Positions 18,003 to 27,166 of a stretch of DNA of 61,807 nt are shown here, piece by piece. Within the stretch, counting starts at the first letter, position 1, and the number at the start of each line of letters is the position of its first letter. The DNA is from an uncultured Gammaproteobacteria bacterium (GTDB lineage Bacteria > Patescibacteriota > Microgenomatia > Levybacterales > UBA12049), in assembly GCA_964603935.1 (NCBI GenBank), contig CAZRWL010000003.1, forward strand, positions 1 to 61,807. Direction: 5' to 3'. The position numbers and the translations under genes were made by a program. The notes beneath the pieces were generated by a model. That model ran no database searches and had not been told where the DNA came from. It saw only the letters and a program-made list of their open reading frames with translations.

Positions 18003-18956
18003 TTACACTTTCTTTAAAACTTCTATTATTTTTTCTAAAGAAAGTGTTGTTGGTCTCATTTTAGGATTTTTTACAGATCCGTTGAGAAGCATCTTTTTTG
18101 ACACATGTAAATACCAAGTGGCATCAGAATCCATCTTGCTAAGTCTTTCGCAAACTAAAGTTAAGTCAATATTTGTTTTCCCATCCGATGGAACCGCCTT
18201 TATCCTTACATATCCTTTTCTCGGGTCTTTTCTTAAAACAATTGCATACCCCATTTTTTGGGATAATTTGATAACAGAGTCGTTAATTGTCTCAAATCCG
18301 ATTCCCTTCCCAAAACGGGTTTCGAATTCATGTCCGTTTTGCGCAATTTCTTTCTCAGCCCAAAGCCTATTTTCAAATGTGTGCAAAACCGCATCCAGAG
18401 ATTTACTTACAAATTCAACGTAATAATCATCTTGATTTGGAAATTGAATTTTAAGTCCCTCTAAAATACCCGCCAGATCAAATTCATGATAGTCAGCCAA
18501 CGGATCTTTGCGAAAAACCTCCTTAAAATGATCTATATCCACAACCACCTTCACCATTCTGCCAACCGCTTCCATTCTGTCCTCCCACTTCCTGCTCTCG
18601 TTACCCTGAACCACGAACTCTGAACCACGAACTCGTTTGACAAAGTCAAACGTAAGGCTTGCGCCACAAACTTTATCCGAAGCTGTCTGATGATGATCCA
18701 AAGGCCCCAAACCAGTATCAACATGAATAACCTCATCTTCCCCAATCTTCTCAATAGCGTCTAGCGCCGAGCGTCTAGCGTTCAGTTCTTCGCTTGAACT
18801 AGACGCTGAGCGCTGATTAACTAGACGCTGGAGACGCTCTCCTGCAGGAACGAATTTAACCAAAGCATCGCTCCAGTCGGGCAAAAACTTTTTAATCAGC
18901 CAAACCGAAGTAATCGCATCCATGTCAGGAGAACTGTGTGTAACAACAATTTTCAT
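18003..18956 (-). CDS. DHH family phosphoesterase
   Basis: HSSPDMDAITS (DxD) and GPLDHHQ (DHH) motifs. The likely start is MKIVVTH at 18956. It contains a compound palindromic insert and a 14-bp tandem repeat. Confidence 0.75.
   Translation of the reverse strand: MKIVVTHSSPDMDAITSVWLIKKFLPDWSDALVKFVPAGERLQRLVNQRSASSSSEELNARRSALDAIEKIGEDEVIHVDTGLGPLDHHQTASDKVCGASLTFDFVKRVRGSEFVVQGNESRKWEDRMEAVGRMVKVVVDIDHFKEVFRKDPLADYHEFDLAGILEGLKIQFPNQDDYYVEFVSKSLDAVLHTFENRLWAEKEIAQNGHEFETRFGKGIGFETINDSVIKLSQKMGYAIVLRKDPRKGYVRIKAVPSDGKTNIDLTLVCERLSKMDSDATWYLHVSKKMLLNGSVKNPKMRPTTLSLEKIIEVLKKV
18757..18838. repeat. compound GC-rich palindrome inside the DHH gene
   Basis: agcgtctagcg occurs twice, then a loop, then ctagacgct occurs twice (nested inverted repeats). 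It is translated in-frame as QRSASSSSEELNARRSALD. Confidence 0.7.
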
Positions 18957-19024
18957 AATTTTAAGTATACAGTAGTAATCCCCACTTGACAAACTTATTG
19001 AAATAAAAGACTATAATAATGTAT

Positions 19025-19510
19025 ATGGATCCGCAAAAACTTTCACAACTTGATCCCAAATTAAGAGACGCATATCAGCGCGTCATGGGAACTGTTATTC
19101 CTGACCCTCCGGTTCCCGCTCCTCAACCAACACCTCAGCCTGAACCAACTCCAGCACCGATCGCCGAACCTGCTCCAGCCATCGAAGAACCGGCAGTTCC
19201 TCCGGCAGAGCCGCCAGCTGCTCCTTCGATACCTCAACAGCCTATTTCCGAACCTGAGCTAACAATTAATCCTCAGCCGCAAGCTGCAAATTTCGTACAG
19301 ATGAACTCAGAGATTTCAGCTGCTCCGGACGTGGCTGCGGTCCCTGACTCAAACTTCGCAATGCCGGCTCAAGCCCAAACAGCAACTATAAAAAAGAAGA
19401 GTAACGCATTAATGCCAATATTATTCGTAATTGCCGGTGTGGTTTTTATCGTAATTTATGCTCTTTTCTGGACAAAAGTTTTTAACCTCAAACTCCCATT
19501 CTTAGGCTAA
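19025..19510 (+). CDS. proline-rich protein with C-terminal membrane anchor
   Basis: PxP-rich low-complexity region followed by a TM (LMPILFVIAGVVFIVIYALFW). TATAAT at 19012-19017 lies 7 nt before ATG 19025. ATG 19019 is also in frame. Confidence 0.45.
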   Translation: MDPQKLSQLDPKLRDAYQRVMGTVIPDPPVPAPQPTPQPEPTPAPIAEPAPAIEEPAVPPAEPPAAPSIPQQPISEPELTINPQPQAANFVQMNSEISAAPDVAAVPDSNFAMPAQAQTATIKKKSNALMPILFVIAGVVFIVIYALFWTKVFNLKLPFLG

Positions 19511-19521
19511 AGAGGAAATGC

Positions 19522-19731
19522 TTATTTAAGCCTTATTGGTTCTTTTCCATCAGCGAATCCATTCAATCCCGTAATCTTGTTTAGCAAACTATTTCTCCTC
19601 TGCGCCCTTCTCTCCGCCTCCCAAATCGCGCCTGACACAACGCCTAAAGGGGTATCATCATTTTGATAATTATGATCATATCCTACAAAACCTCTTGTAG
19701 CTGCGCGACCTGGTCGTCGTTCTTTACTCAT
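19522..19731 (-). CDS. small hypothetical protein coupled to proS
   Basis: Its ATG overlaps the proS TGA (ATGA overlap), which suggests translational coupling. No motif recognised. Confidence 0.35.
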   Translation of the reverse strand: MSKERRPGRAATRGFVGYDHNYQNDDTPLGVVSGAIWEAERRAQRRNSLLNKITGLNGFADGKEPIRLK

Positions 19732-20984
19732 TTATTCCTCACGTTCTTGATGTTCAATTGGCTTATTCTGTCAATTATTTCTTCAAAAGTCAATAGCTCC
19801 GTCTTATCCAAATTTCTTTTTTTAAACTCAATCTTATTTCCATTTCTATCCGAAACTACTAATCTAATCGGAATTCCAATTAAATCCGCGTCTGCGAATT
19901 TCGCGCCTGCCGAAACATCTCTGTCATCATACAAAACCTCGACCCCCGCCTTAATCAGTTTTTCATAAACATCGTTTCCAAAACTTTTGACTTTTGAATT
20001 TTGAATTTCTACCAAATGCGCATCATACGGCGCAACCGATTTCGGCCAAATAATCCCCTTATCATCATGATGCGCCTCAACAATCGCGCCCATCAATCTG
20101 GAAATTCCAATTCCGTAACAGCCCATCACAACCGGCGCATCCTTTCCCTCTTTGTTTTTGTAGGTCAAACCAAAAGCGTCTGAGTATTTTGTTTTCAGAG
20201 GAAAAATATTTCCAACTTCAATTGCTTTTGCTTTTTGCAAAGGCCCGTGTCCCAAGTCGCATTGCTTGCCTTCCTTAACCGGGCTGATCTCAATATTCGC
20301 GGAGAAATCTCCTCCAGGACAGTAAATAATCTCATCTTCCCCGGCATCTGTAACCACCTGGTATTCATGAGAGAGCTTGCTGAACGCTCCTCCGCTTGCC
20401 TGTGTTTCTATAGCGTTTAATTTCACCCGGTCAAACACCTTTTTGTATGCTTTTTTTACAATTTCATAATATCTGCTGAAATCTTTTTCATCCGCGTGGA
20501 AAGAATATAAATCTTTCATCAAAAATTCCCGTCCTCTTAAAATTCCGCTTTTGGCTCTTTTTTCATCCCTGAATTTTGTCTGGATTTGATAAACGGATAA
20601 AGGCAAATCTTTGTAGGAACTGATAAATTGCTTTGCAAGCGGAACAACTACCTCTTCGTGTGTTGGCCCCAAAGGATATTCGCGGTCCAAAACGCTGGTC
20701 AGCTTGAAAAGGGCGTCAAAATTATTCCATCTTCCGGTTTTTTCCCAGGACTCTTTATTCTGAAGAGAACTCAATAACAGTTCTTGACCGCCGATAGCGC
20801 TCATCTCCTCCCGCACAATATTGGAAATATTTTCAATTACTCTTAAACCAAGCGGTAAATAATTGTAAACGCCGGAAACTTCTCTGCGGATAAACCCCGC
20901 GCGGATCAAAAGCTTGGCATTCAGCGAAACTTCATCCTTCGGCGCGTCTTTAATTGTCTTCCCGAACAAATCCGAATACCTCAT
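19728..20984 (-). CDS. proS: proline--tRNA ligase
   Basis: Class II aaRS ProRS pattern (MRYSDLFGKTIKD..., FRDEKRAKSGILRGREF, GCYGIGISR). The track's N-terminal 36 aa overlap the divergent promoter and were trimmed. Confidence 0.95.
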   Translation of the reverse strand: MRYSDLFGKTIKDAPKDEVSLNAKLLIRAGFIRREVSGVYNYLPLGLRVIENISNIVREEMSAIGGQELLLSSLQNKESWEKTGRWNNFDALFKLTSVLDREYPLGPTHEEVVVPLAKQFISSYKDLPLSVYQIQTKFRDEKRAKSGILRGREFLMKDLYSFHADEKDFSRYYEIVKKAYKKVFDRVKLNAIETQASGGAFSKLSHEYQVVTDAGEDEIIYCPGGDFSANIEISPVKEGKQCDLGHGPLQKAKAIEVGNIFPLKTKYSDAFGLTYKNKEGKDAPVVMGCYGIGISRLMGAIVEAHHDDKGIIWPKSVAPYDAHLVEIQNSKVKSFGNDVYEKLIKAGVEVLYDDRDVSAGAKFADADLIGIPIRLVVSDRNGNKIEFKKRNLDKTELLTFEEIIDRISQLNIKNVRNK

Positions 20985-21002
20985 GCAAAAAGTATAGCAT
21001 AT

Positions 21003-21032
21003 TTGCAAATTCAAAGCGGAGTAGTATATAAT
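21003..21032 (+). promoter_or_regulatory. sigma-70-like promoter (TTGCAA-18-TATAAT), 9 nt before ATG 21042
   Basis: The hexamers were read directly. Confidence 0.5.
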
Positions 21033-21041
21033 CGGAAAATT

Positions 21042-21422
21042 ATGGCAAACCCGGAAAAAGATTTTGGACATACAAAATTTTATTGCGCTCAAAGCACAAG
21101 GGACAATAGGCCATTTGGACTTCGTTTTGATCCGGCTATATTCTACGATGACGCACTAAGAATCATGTTAGCAACTCAAGTCAATTACGTCTTAAGCGGA
21201 TACGGCTTTGTAAGCATGCGACTTTCAAACTCAAAAGGAGAAACCACAAAAAAAATCAACATAAGCCAATTAAGCATAATGAAGCAGATTGCTGAAGGAA
21301 AAAATTCAATAGGAGAGCTGTTTTCGAAAGTAAGAAGACCAGGCGTTACAAAAGTAGTAATTGTGCAAGAAAAATCTGCCGCTAGAAGATTTATAGAAGA
21401 AGAGATGCTGGTTGATTGTTAG
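21042..21422 (+). CDS. hypothetical protein
   Basis: The ORF is trimmed to ATG 21042 (MANPEKDF...). No motif recognised. Confidence 0.4.
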   Translation: MANPEKDFGHTKFYCAQSTRDNRPFGLRFDPAIFYDDALRIMLATQVNYVLSGYGFVSMRLSNSKGETTKKINISQLSIMKQIAEGKNSIGELFSKVRRPGVTKVVIVQEKSAARRFIEEEMLVDC

Positions 21423-21444
21423 ATAGTTTTTCCTCTTCTTCTTT

Positions 21445-22380
21445 TTACTTTTTTTTCACTTCATGACCTCCGAAGGCGTTACGCAAAACTGCGACTAATT
21501 TTGCAGAAAAACTTTTTTGAATTTTTAAGTCTGTCTGGGAACGCCGCCTAAACTCCAATGACCTTTCTATAATTTCAACATCCGCACCCTCTTCTTTCGC
21601 AGTCTCAACAGTCCATTTTGCTTCTCCTGATTCCGCAATAATTCCCTGAATATTTTCCATATGCGGATCTTTAGCAAGCGCTTCGGCTGCGCGGTCCAGC
21701 ATAAAACCCGACACCAGAGTTCCCTTTTGATAAAGTTTTGCAATTTTTAATAAATCCAAATCGTACGGAGATTTTTCCAAAACCCCAAATCCTTCACCCA
21801 GGGACTGCATAATTCCGTATTCAATTCCGTTGTGGACCATTTTGACAAAATGCCCGGCTCCGCCTTCCCCAAAATATTCATGCCCTCCGCGAGGTTTGGC
21901 AAGAGAATCTAAAATTGGTTTTATAAATTCGTAAGCGTTTTTATCTCCGCCAACCATCATCGGATATCCTTCTGTTGCTGCGATTATCCCCCCTGAAACT
22001 CCAATCCCCAAATATTTAATCCCCGTTTGTCTAGCTAGTTCAAACCTGGTTTGTGTATCTGCAAAATGCGCATTTCCACCGTCAATCACAATATCGTCTT
22101 TTCCTGCGAGCTTTGAGATTTCATCCAAAATATTCTGTGTTGCCTCCCCTGCCGGCACCATCGACCAAACAATTCTTGGTTTATCTAATTGCTTAACTAA
22201 ATCCCCAATATTTTTTGCAATTTTTAAATTTATATTTGATTGAAAATTTGAAATTTGAAATTTGAAATTTGAAATTCCTTCAGGAGATCTGTTCCAAACA
22301 ATAACTTCATGACCCTCTTGCAAAAGCTTACTTACCATCCTCGCCCCCATCTTCCCTAAACCAATAAATCCTATTTTCAT
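21445..22380 (-). CDS. gnd: 6-phosphogluconate dehydrogenase (short, decarboxylating Gnd-like)
   Basis: N-terminal Rossmann fold IGFIGLGKMGARM and GAGHFVKMVHNGIEYG. It carries a heptanucleotide tandem repeat insert. Confidence 0.85.
   Translation of the reverse strand: MKIGFIGLGKMGARMVSKLLQEGHEVIVWNRSPEGISNFKFQISNFQSNINLKIAKNIGDLVKQLDKPRIVWSMVPAGEATQNILDEISKLAGKDDIVIDGGNAHFADTQTRFELARQTGIKYLGIGVSGGIIAATEGYPMMVGGDKNAYEFIKPILDSLAKPRGGHEYFGEGGAGHFVKMVHNGIEYGIMQSLGEGFGVLEKSPYDLDLLKIAKLYQKGTLVSGFMLDRAAEALAKDPHMENIQGIIAESGEAKWTVETAKEEGADVEIIERSLEFRRRSQTDLKIQKSFSAKLVAVLRNAFGGHEVKKK
22241..22276. repeat. (gaaattt)n heptanucleotide tandem repeat inside gnd
   Basis: tgaaaatttgaaatttgaaatttgaaatttgaaatt, translated as ISNFKFQISNFQ. 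Confidence 0.85.
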
Positions 22381-22394
22381 AACTTAATCATAAT

Positions 22395-23189
22395 TTAAAA
22401 AAACTCCAAGGTCAAACACTTGACGCTTCCTCCGCCTTTTCTGTACTCATCCATCTCAACTTCATGCGCTCTAAAACCATGCTTTTCAAAATCATTTCTT
22501 AATTCTTCCGAAATTCCTTTTCCGACCACAACACTCTTGCCAACCACAACCAAATTACATGAAAAAATCTTATTATCCTGATCATTTGCGATAATTACAT
22601 TTTCAAAAGCACTATAAATTTTATCAAGTCCTTCCCTATCGAAAGAATTTTTGTTAATCACAACCGTACTCTTATTTAATGGCGCAAAAGACATGTCCAG
22701 ATGATAAAAATACGGGTCCGAAAGCTTGAGTTCGATAATTTCCGCCCGCAGAAATTTTTCTAAATATTTTTTTGCCTCAAGAGACGATCTTTTCCCATAA
22801 CCCATAAAATATTTTCCGTTTGCGGTTAATAAATCTCCCTGTCCCTCAAAAAAAAGCCCACTTGGCATTTCTGCAATTTCAAAACCTATTTTTTCAAAAT
22901 ATTTTTTGGAATAAAAAGACTCTTTTTGACGTTCTCTATATTTAAAATTAGATTTTATAAACAAATTATTTTTTACAAATCCGAGATTAGCAGCATAAAC
23001 CATGTCCGGTAATCCCTTTACGGGCTCTATTTCTAAAACTTCTAAACCTAAAAATTGATAAGTATCTTTTAATGTTTCGTACTCTCTTAAAACTTTTTCT
23101 TTACTTACTTTATTTTTAACATGCATCCAGGGATTTATCTCGTATTCAATGCTATAAAATGTCGGCGGACACAATAAGACTTTCTTCAT
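22395..23189 (-). CDS. amidinotransferase / dimethylargininase-like (guanidino-group modifying enzyme superfamily)
   Basis: The C-terminal GGGSVKCLTLEF carries the catalytic Cys typical of this superfamily. Confidence 0.65.
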   Translation of the reverse strand: MKKVLLCPPTFYSIEYEINPWMHVKNKVSKEKVLREYETLKDTYQFLGLEVLEIEPVKGLPDMVYAANLGFVKNNLFIKSNFKYRERQKESFYSKKYFEKIGFEIAEMPSGLFFEGQGDLLTANGKYFMGYGKRSSLEAKKYLEKFLRAEIIELKLSDPYFYHLDMSFAPLNKSTVVINKNSFDREGLDKIYSAFENVIIANDQDNKIFSCNLVVVGKSVVVGKGISEELRNDFEKHGFRAHEVEMDEYRKGGGSVKCLTLEFF

Positions 23190-23203
23190 AATTACTTCTC
23201 GTT

Positions 23204-23230
23204 GTCATGCTGAACTTATTTCAGCATCTC
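23204..23230. repeat. REP-A half element (first hairpin only)
   Basis: gtcatgctgaacttatttcagcatctc. Confidence 0.75.
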
Positions 23231-23239
23231 AGTTGAAAT

Positions 23240-23563
23240 TTACCTGATTAAACTTCCCGGCGGTATCTCCTTGTCAGGATGAAGAAGCGCTACTCCGTCC
23301 GGTATTCCTGCCGCCAGAATCATCCCCTGGCTTTCAACCCCCATAATAGTTCTTGGCTCAAGGTTAACAACAAACGGACACTCTTTCCCGAGTAAATCTT
23401 CGGGCTTATAAAATTCCGCAATACCCGACACAATTTGCCGTTTATAGTCAGCGAAATCAACTTCCAATTTTAATAACCTGTCTGCTCCTTCAATCTTCTC
23501 CGCGCTCAAAATTTTCCCAATCCTTATCTCTAATTTCTTGAAATCTTCAAAACTTACATTCAT
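23240..23563 (-). CDS. tRNA-binding domain protein (CsaA/EMAPII-like)
   Basis: FEDFKKLEIRIGKILSAEKIEGADRLLKLEVDF is typical of the OB-fold tRNA-binding domain. Confidence 0.8.
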   Translation of the reverse strand: MNVSFEDFKKLEIRIGKILSAEKIEGADRLLKLEVDFADYKRQIVSGIAEFYKPEDLLGKECPFVVNLEPRTIMGVESQGMILAAGIPDGVALLHPDKEIPPGSLIR

Positions 23564-24339
23564 AAATTTTCTTTAAAAAACTTAATAGTTTCCCTATCTG
23601 CTTCTTCTGCGTGCTTGGGATTATCATGAAATCCATGCTCCGCGCCTTTTACAATAACCAGCTTTCCATTCTTAACAAGTTTTGCATATTTAACCGAATC
23701 TTTGTGGGAAATATACGAGTCAGCATCTCCATGAATAAAAAGAATGGGAAGTTCAAGTTTCAATAGTTCTTGCCATGGTTTCAAAGCGCTAATTTCCAGC
23801 ATTAAATTTCTGCCGATTTTGAATTTCCTGCTCCCCACCTCTGTAAATCCGTATTTCTCAATCCTCTCAAACGCCGGCTTTCCCCAATATTTTTTCACCC
23901 ATGGGGTCATAGAGCTTTCACTTGATCCATAATCAATCAGTGAATTCCAAAACACAAGCGCTTTAACAATATCCTGATGTTTTACAGTATAGAAACAGGC
24001 TGCGCCTCCGGCGAAACTTGCCGCAAGGATTCCGAATTTTTTAAATCCTTTTTGCTGCAAAAATTTTACTCCCGCCCCTAAATCTTCTGCTTCTCCTTTA
24101 ATTGTCATGTCTGTTGATCTGCCTTCGCTTTCTCCATGCCCCCGAAAATCAAAACGAAAAACAGCAAAACCCTGCTTCATTAATTGTTTTGCCAAATTAG
24201 TAAATATTCCGTCTTCTTCTTTATCAACAGTTATTCCATGACAAAGAATTATGCATTTCTGCGTTTTTTGTCTTGGAATTGACAAAATGCCACACAACTT
24301 TAATTCATCCGAGGTTTGAAAAAAAACTTTTTTTTCCAT
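23560..24339 (-). CDS. alpha/beta hydrolase
   Basis: HG oxyanion region (ILCHGITV) and C-terminal GAEHGFHD. The nucleophile elbow is atypical (AASFAGG). Confidence 0.6.
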   Translation of the reverse strand: MEKKVFFQTSDELKLCGILSIPRQKTQKCIILCHGITVDKEEDGIFTNLAKQLMKQGFAVFRFDFRGHGESEGRSTDMTIKGEAEDLGAGVKFLQQKGFKKFGILAASFAGGAACFYTVKHQDIVKALVFWNSLIDYGSSESSMTPWVKKYWGKPAFERIEKYGFTEVGSRKFKIGRNLMLEISALKPWQELLKLELPILFIHGDADSYISHKDSVKYAKLVKNGKLVIVKGAEHGFHDNPKHAEEADRETIKFFKENL

Positions 24340-24346
24340 GTGCCAA

Positions 24347-25807
24347 TTATATCAGACAAAATGCGGGATAAGGCTCAAGCCATTTCCGACCATCTTTTTC
24401 TATAAGATCAAAAGCCTCTTTTGGTCCCCAACTCCCTGCTTTATAAAATCTTGTCGGCGTCCTATTCTTAGACAGTGGGTCAATAAATCTCCATTGCGCT
24501 TCAACTTCTTCTGAGGTGTTGAAAAACGTATGTCTCCCGGCAAATACATCCTGCAACAATTTTTCATAGGCGTCAAACGTTTGTCCTGGGAAATGATGCT
24601 TGTAACAGAATTGCATATAGGTTGGCTCAACTTTCAATTCAAGACCGGGTTTTTTTGTAAATAATTTTACTGCGATACCCTCATTTGGTTGCACTCTAAT
24701 AGTAAGCACATTTTTATATTGCTCCTCACCTTTAAAAACATAAGAAATTTCCGTTAACCACATAGCCATCTGTTTACCAGCCCGGATATAGACAGGAATG
24801 TTTTTGAATCTTACATTGTTAACATATGCCTTCATTGCAAAAAAAGTATCTGTTTTGGAATTTTTAGGAACGGACTCTTCATTGCGATATGCAACAGCAT
24901 CTTTCCCATGAACAACTCCAGCATCATACTGCCCATAAACTATGTCTTTAGGATCTGTTGTCAAACTTTTTATTAATTTTAATCTTTCTCCGATCATAGC
25001 CTCATCGCTATCATCTTTCGGTTGTTCCATAGTTGCAATTGCCAACATTTGTAAAATATGATTTTGCCCAACATCTTTCAAAGCTCCTGTCGCATCATAA
25101 AATTTTCCCCTTTTGAAAATGCTAAAATCCTCCGATGAAGTTATTTGGATATGATCAAGGTTTTTCGCATTTAGCATTGGTTCAAAAATACTATTCTTAA
25201 ACCTAAACACTAAAGCATTCTCAAGAGTTTCTTTACCCAAATAGTGATCTAGTCTGAAAATTTGATCTTCGGAAAAAGCAGAAGTAATGATCTTATCTAG
25301 CTTCCTTGCTGAAACTTCATCCTCACCAATTGGTTTTTCAACAATAACACGTGTCCATCCGCACGGACTTTTATCCAAACCGCTTTTCTTCATATTGGTA
25401 AAAATTGTTTGATATAGCGACTGAGGAACTCCTGCGTAAAAAAGCCTATTCCCGCATGGCAATCCTTCAGCAACAAGCTTATCCAGATATTTTGAAAGTC
25501 CTTTGTAAAAATTGGGGTCAGTATTGTCTCCCTGATAGAAATATATATGTTTTTCCAAGCTCTTAAATATATCGTTGTCTACCGAATGCTTGTGGTGACG
25601 ATTGTCTGAAGTCAGAGAGTGTTCAAAGAAATTATAAAATTCTTCTTGCGTATACTTACGCCCTGTGGCGATAATTGCGTAGTCTTGGGGAAGATGTCCT
25701 TTCTCAGCTATATCATAAAGTGCCGGGTATATTTTTTGATAGGAATTGTCACCGCTTCCTCCAAAAATTATTAGCGCAAAAGGACCTCCTTCTTTTGAAT
25801 AAACCAT
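24347..25807 (-). CDS. zwf: glucose-6-phosphate dehydrogenase
   Basis: N-terminal FGGSGDNSYQKIYPAL dinucleotide motif and the active-site signature FRLDHYLGKE. Confidence 0.95.
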   Translation of the reverse strand: MVYSKEGGPFALIIFGGSGDNSYQKIYPALYDIAEKGHLPQDYAIIATGRKYTQEEFYNFFEHSLTSDNRHHKHSVDNDIFKSLEKHIYFYQGDNTDPNFYKGLSKYLDKLVAEGLPCGNRLFYAGVPQSLYQTIFTNMKKSGLDKSPCGWTRVIVEKPIGEDEVSARKLDKIITSAFSEDQIFRLDHYLGKETLENALVFRFKNSIFEPMLNAKNLDHIQITSSEDFSIFKRGKFYDATGALKDVGQNHILQMLAIATMEQPKDDSDEAMIGERLKLIKSLTTDPKDIVYGQYDAGVVHGKDAVAYRNEESVPKNSKTDTFFAMKAYVNNVRFKNIPVYIRAGKQMAMWLTEISYVFKGEEQYKNVLTIRVQPNEGIAVKLFTKKPGLELKVEPTYMQFCYKHHFPGQTFDAYEKLLQDVFAGRHTFFNTSEEVEAQWRFIDPLSKNRTPTRFYKAGSWGPKEAFDLIEKDGRKWLEPYPAFCLI

Positions 25808-25845
25808 AAAATTTATTATACTCTATGAATATACCTTTGCAATCT

Positions 25846-27027
25846 TCATTTGGGGAGCAGCTTACCTATATCCTTGAATGTAATCAAAACCATTAATCCC
25901 AAAAGCAATATCATGCCGATTGTATGTGTTAAAGATTCAAATTTCTGATTTACCTTACGGCCTGTTACAGCTTCTATTAAAATGAAGAATAATCTTCCTC
26001 CGTCAAGAGCCGGAATCGGCAGGACATTGAAGAATGCCAAAGAAATGGACAAAATACCTGCCAAATTAAGAAGCTGCAGAATTTTTTCTTTTAAATTTTG
26101 TATTTCAAGAATTGACCCTGTTAGAGAAGCGATTCCAACGGGGCCGGTTACTCCCTGAGTCAAAGGAGCTGTTGTTTTCTTCTCAAAAGAAACCTTAATT
26201 AATTTTCCCATAACATTGAGATTGTATGCCATCAAATTTATGGGGTGCGTTACGCCCGAAAAGATTTTCTGAACCGGAGTTGAATAATTTAAAACTGCTG
26301 TTGACAAAGAAAAAAGCCCCACTCCCAAAGCTCCTTCATTCTTGGGAATAATTATCCGCGGAGTAACTCTTGTTTTATGAACATCCTGCGTTTGTAAATT
26401 GCTCCAGGCAATTTCAATTTCTTTTCCCTTGTTAAGGCTAACAATATTTATAAAACTTTTTGAGTCCGTTATTTTCTGTCCATTTACAGCTATAACTTTT
26501 GTTAATGGTTTCAGCCCTTGTTTTTCTGCCGGAGAATTTTTGGCAATCGCGGATATTACAACTTCTTGAATATTTGTCTGATTTACCCCAAAGAATTTGT
26601 AATCTGACAAAAGCGGTAAGTCTGTTTTGAATCCTGAAATTCCCAAGAATATGTAAAAAATAACTGCAGCCAAAACCGCATTCATCACAACGCCTGCAAT
26701 AATTACAATAGCTCTCTGCCATGCTGTCTTTGCAAAAAATGCTCTTTTTAAATCCTCCTTTTTGTTTCGAGTTTCGATATTCGATATTCGAATTTTTCCA
26801 CCGCCTGCCTCATCTTCCCCGTAAAGCTTGACAAACCCGCCAATCGGCAGCCAGTTGATGGAGTAAATTGTCTCGCCTCTTTTTATGCTAAAAGCGCGGG
26901 GAGGAAACCCGAACCCAAACTCTTCGACTTTTATTCCGAATTTTTTGGCCACAAAAAAATGCCCGGCTTCATGGATTAAAACCAACAATGAAAGTATTAG
27001 TAGAAAAACAAGAATAGTTATAATCAT
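25846..27027 (-). CDS. rseP: RIP site-2 metalloprotease RseP (M50)
   Basis: HEAGHFFVAKKF (HExxH), a PDZ region and a C-terminal NVLPIPALDGG motif. Confidence 0.9.
   Translation of the reverse strand: MIITILVFLLILSLLVLIHEAGHFFVAKKFGIKVEEFGFGFPPRAFSIKRGETIYSINWLPIGGFVKLYGEDEAGGGKIRISNIETRNKKEDLKRAFFAKTAWQRAIVIIAGVVMNAVLAAVIFYIFLGISGFKTDLPLLSDYKFFGVNQTNIQEVVISAIAKNSPAEKQGLKPLTKVIAVNGQKITDSKSFINIVSLNKGKEIEIAWSNLQTQDVHKTRVTPRIIIPKNEGALGVGLFSLSTAVLNYSTPVQKIFSGVTHPINLMAYNLNVMGKLIKVSFEKKTTAPLTQGVTGPVGIASLTGSILEIQNLKEKILQLLNLAGILSISLAFFNVLPIPALDGGRLFFILIEAVTGRKVNQKFESLTHTIGMILLLGLMVLITFKDIGKLLPK
26767..26797. repeat. heptanucleotide tandem repeat (cgatatt-like) inside rseP
   Basis: tcgagtttcgatattcgatattcgaattttt, translated as KIRISNIETRN. 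Confidence 0.7.
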
Positions 27028-27037
27028 AGATTGCTTG

Positions 27038-27163
27038 ACGATAGAAAATCGAAGATAGAAAATAGAACTTTGAAGATTGAAGATGGAAAACTAGATCATA
27101 GAATCTATTTTCCAACATCTACCGTCAAAATTCTACCATCTACTTTCTACTATCTACCGTCTA
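27038..27163. repeat. long imperfect inverted repeat between rseP and frr
   Basis: The left arm gacgatagaaaatcgaagatagaaaatagaactttgaagattgaagatggaaaa faces the right arm ttttccaacatctaccgtcaaaattctaccatctactttctactatctaccgtc. The arms match with many mismatches. Confidence 0.6.
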
Positions 27164-27166
27164 TAT

